Assembly (NCBI GenBank): GCA_965644295.1
Contig: CBFFRP010000288.1
Span: 581,416 to 645,415 of the forward strand
From: Paraphysomonas bandaiensis
Lineage: Eukaryota > Protista > Chrysophyceae
DNA: 64,000 bases
Reading direction: 5' to 3'
The notes beneath the pieces were generated by a model, which ran no database searches, was not told the origin of the DNA, and saw only the letters and a program-made list of their open reading frames with translations. The translations under genes and the position numbers were made by a program. Position 1 is the first letter of the stretch; each line of letters opens with the position of its first letter. This document shows, piece by piece, positions 61,772-64,000 of this stretch.

Positions 61772-62788
61772 ATGAACAATAAATCATTCAATGACATAAT
61801 AAAAAAACTTGATATTGATGAAACATTTACTAAAGAAGGAAAGAAGCAAAAGAAATTTAATAATATTAGAAAGAATACTGTTCAAAAGGCTAATTACAAC
61901 ATGATGGCAGATTTGTTAGAACTTCCTACAACTTCAAAAGGATATAGATACTGTTTTGTTATATGTGACTTATTCACAAGACGATTTGACATTGAACCAA
62001 TCAAGAATAAAGATTCTCAAACAGTTTTAAATGCTATGAAAGAATGCTTTAAACGACCATATATTGATAAACCTTATGCTTCTATTAGAACAGATGATGG
62101 AAATGAATTCAAAGGAGTCTTCTTCAAATACTTATATGACAACTCAATCTTACATAAAGTTGCTCTTCCTAATAGACATAAACAATTGGCGAGTGTTGAA
62201 GCATTAAATAAGCAATTAGACAGACTATTCAACGGTTATATGAATAAAAAAGAGAAAGAAACAAAGAAAGTATATCGTGAATGGACTGATATAATACCAA
62301 TAGTCAGAAAAGATTTAAACGAATTCAGAGAAAACTTAACAGTTAATGAACCTGGATTCATTGACCATTCTATTAAACAAAAATATAAAGTAGGTGATGT
62401 TGTATATGAAAAACTCAACACTCCTGAAAATGCTTTAGGACATAAACAAAATACAAAGAACTTTCGTGTTGGTGATTATAGATATTCACAAATACCAAAG
62501 AAGATTATAAAAGTTGCTTATTTCACTGATAAACCTTATCACAGATATATATTAGAAGGATTACCTAATGTCTCTTACTCTGAATATGAACTCATGAAAG
62601 CTAAAGATGAAAAGGAAACGAAATATGAAGTTAAAAAGATCATCGGAAAGAGAACAAAGAATAAGAAAACTGAATACTTGATATGGTGGAAGAACTATAG
62701 AAAGAATGAAAGCACGTGGGAACCTGAAAAAAACTTAATTGAAGATGGATTAAAAAACTTGATTGATGAATACAATAAAAAGGATTAA
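61772..62788 (+). CDS. Retroviral-like (rve) DDE integrase with a C-terminal chromodomain
   Basis: MADL...CDLFTR, RTDDGNEF and VEALN (D-D-E intact); YEVKKII...YLIWWKNY...TWEPEKNL chromodomain. Confidence 0.93.
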   Translation: MNNKSFNDIIKKLDIDETFTKEGKKQKKFNNIRKNTVQKANYNMMADLLELPTTSKGYRYCFVICDLFTRRFDIEPIKNKDSQTVLNAMKECFKRPYIDKPYASIRTDDGNEFKGVFFKYLYDNSILHKVALPNRHKQLASVEALNKQLDRLFNGYMNKKEKETKKVYREWTDIIPIVRKDLNEFRENLTVNEPGFIDHSIKQKYKVGDVVYEKLNTPENALGHKQNTKNFRVGDYRYSQIPKKIIKVAYFTDKPYHRYILEGLPNVSYSEYELMKAKDEKETKYEVKKIIGKRTKNKKTEYLIWWKNYRKNESTWEPEKNLIEDGLKNLIDEYNKKD

Positions 62789-64000
62789 CAATCGTGTGTT
62801 TCATCCTTACCCATTAACTTATTCGTTCTATGTGAATACAAAAAACCGCACTTTTTACACTTATGAAAATAGGTATTTGTGTTTTTCCATAGTATATTGC
62901 CTGTTGTTTTTGATTCTTTCAATGGTTTGTATTTGTCTTTAAATTCGTGTTTTCTGTTTAATACTATACCATCTGTATGAATTCTTATTATCTTATGTAA
63001 TATACCTTCTCTATCTATCATCTTCGCTACAAAACAACGACAATGTGACATAAGAAATGACTTCATTCTTGCTATGTTGTATTTATAAGGTTGGTCTTTG
63101 TCGATCAATGTAAAGTCAATCTTTATATTATCATCACTGTCTACACTCATCTTCTCTTTCAATACCTTATATTTTGTATTATTCTTATCTGTTATGTCTG
63201 AGACATCTTCATCATCAAGTTTCATAAACTCCTCTTGATTATAATACAGTTTCTTATGTTCACACAAGTAGCCCCAAATACTAGACATTAAATGCTTGAT
63301 TAACATATTCTTATTCTTATCTTTCATACTCTTTAATTTGTCATACCAACTCTCAAATATAACTTTACTTTCTATTAAGTCATCTTCTTCATATATCATG
63401 GTATTATAATCTTTAGCTTGTTCATTTATCTTAAACTCTAATTCAAAGTTGTCTATTTGTGAATATACATATAACAAGTCTATATGAGTATACCAATTAT
63501 CACTTGAAAATGAAAACTTCTTATAAAACTGTGAAGTACTTGTTTTATTCTCACATTCTTTTATTGTTATCTTGACATTGTATACTCCATATTTCAACTT
63601 ACCTTTTGATAACTTCTTCATAAACTTATCTTGAGACATCATCTTGTATTCTGGTTGTGAGGTAGCAATCTTAAAATCACTTTTAGACAGAATATAAGGA
63701 TAGAAAGCTCCATAGTCGTATCCATAACACTTTATAACATCATTTTTATATTCCTCATCTAAACAACAAAGACCAGCATTATGACACTTTTCCAAAACAT
63801 AAGATTCTTTGAAGTTTATGTTTTCTAATCTAACTTTCCTATTGTTCATATTTACACTGTTCTTTTTCATATTTGAGAATCTTTCAAATGTCATTATTAA
63901 AGCACTCTTATGATTATAATACTTCTTATAAAATATACCATCTTTTAACAATACATCGCAACTTTCTTTAAAGTCTTTCATATACTGTCGTATTCCTTCT
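62785..64000 (-). CDS. Protein-primed family B DNA polymerase, C-terminal part (frame open to the window edge)
   Basis: Motif A YDYGAFYP, motif B KHLMSSIWG, motif C IHTDG; GVYNVKI and WYTHIDL typical of pPolB. Confidence 0.8.
   Translation of the reverse strand, partial: EGIRQYMKDFKESCDVLLKDGIFYKKYYNHKSALIMTFERFSNMKKNSVNMNNRKVRLENINFKESYVLEKCHNAGLCCLDEEYKNDVIKCYGYDYGAFYPYILSKSDFKIATSQPEYKMMSQDKFMKKLSKGKLKYGVYNVKITIKECENKTSTSQFYKKFSFSSDNWYTHIDLLYVYSQIDNFELEFKINEQAKDYNTMIYEEDDLIESKVIFESWYDKLKSMKDKNKNMLIKHLMSSIWGYLCEHKKLYYNQEEFMKLDDEDVSDITDKNNTKYKVLKEKMSVDSDDNIKIDFTLIDKDQPYKYNIARMKSFLMSHCRCFVAKMIDREGILHKIIRIHTDGIVLNRKHEFKDKYKPLKESKTTGNILWKNTNTYFHKCKKCGFLYSHRTNKLMGKDETHDC

Larger units (their letters stand above)
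47421..64000. mobile_element. Endogenous Polinton/Maverick-type (Polinton-like or virophage-related) dsDNA virus; left end to beyond the window
   Basis: Abrupt shift to AT-rich, intronless, densely packed ORFs including ATPase, mCP, MCP, protease, rve integrase and pPolB; begins with (AC)7A. Confidence 0.95.

Noticed and set aside
47421-64000. Bacterial/phage contamination or a giant-virus insert
   Set aside because: The gene set is Polinton-type with a eukaryotic chromodomain integrase; no phage or NCLDV hallmark genes were seen, and the junction lies inside a host copia.

Overview
Eukaryotic protist DNA with short GT-AG introns (mostly about 45-60 nt). A flagellar CFAP73/CCDC42 gene and stramenopile-type proteins suggest a flagellated stramenopile such as a chrysophyte; this is inference. 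Bases 1-47.4 kb hold nine host genes: FAN-like WD40, CFAP73/CCDC42, ISCU, a four-pore K2P/TPK-like channel, an ARM-repeat protein, a TrmA-family methyltransferase, a PX-nucleotidyltransferase-like protein, a desaturase-like protein and an FHA protein. These are interleaved with decayed Ty1/copia, Ty3/gypsy and non-LTR retroelements. From about 47421 to past the window end lies an AT-rich, intronless, apparently intact endogenous Polinton/Maverick-type DNA virus inserted into a copia pol gene. It encodes a packaging ATPase, penton, major capsid protein, adenain-like protease, rve integrase with chromodomain, pPolB, two fibre-like proteins, and discoidin, GIY-YIG and FNIP proteins. Main highlights: (i) the virus, with a (CA)n terminus, paired modular fibres, a shared promoter motif and a candidate -1 frameshift; (ii) a covarying three-way-junction RNA motif (CNNG and GNRA hairpins) in the 3' UTR of a LINE and of an otherwise dissimilar dispersed repeat; (iii) a LINE nested in that repeat with a 16-bp TSD and an empty-site paralog in the same window. 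All calls come from reading motifs by eye; no searches were run.
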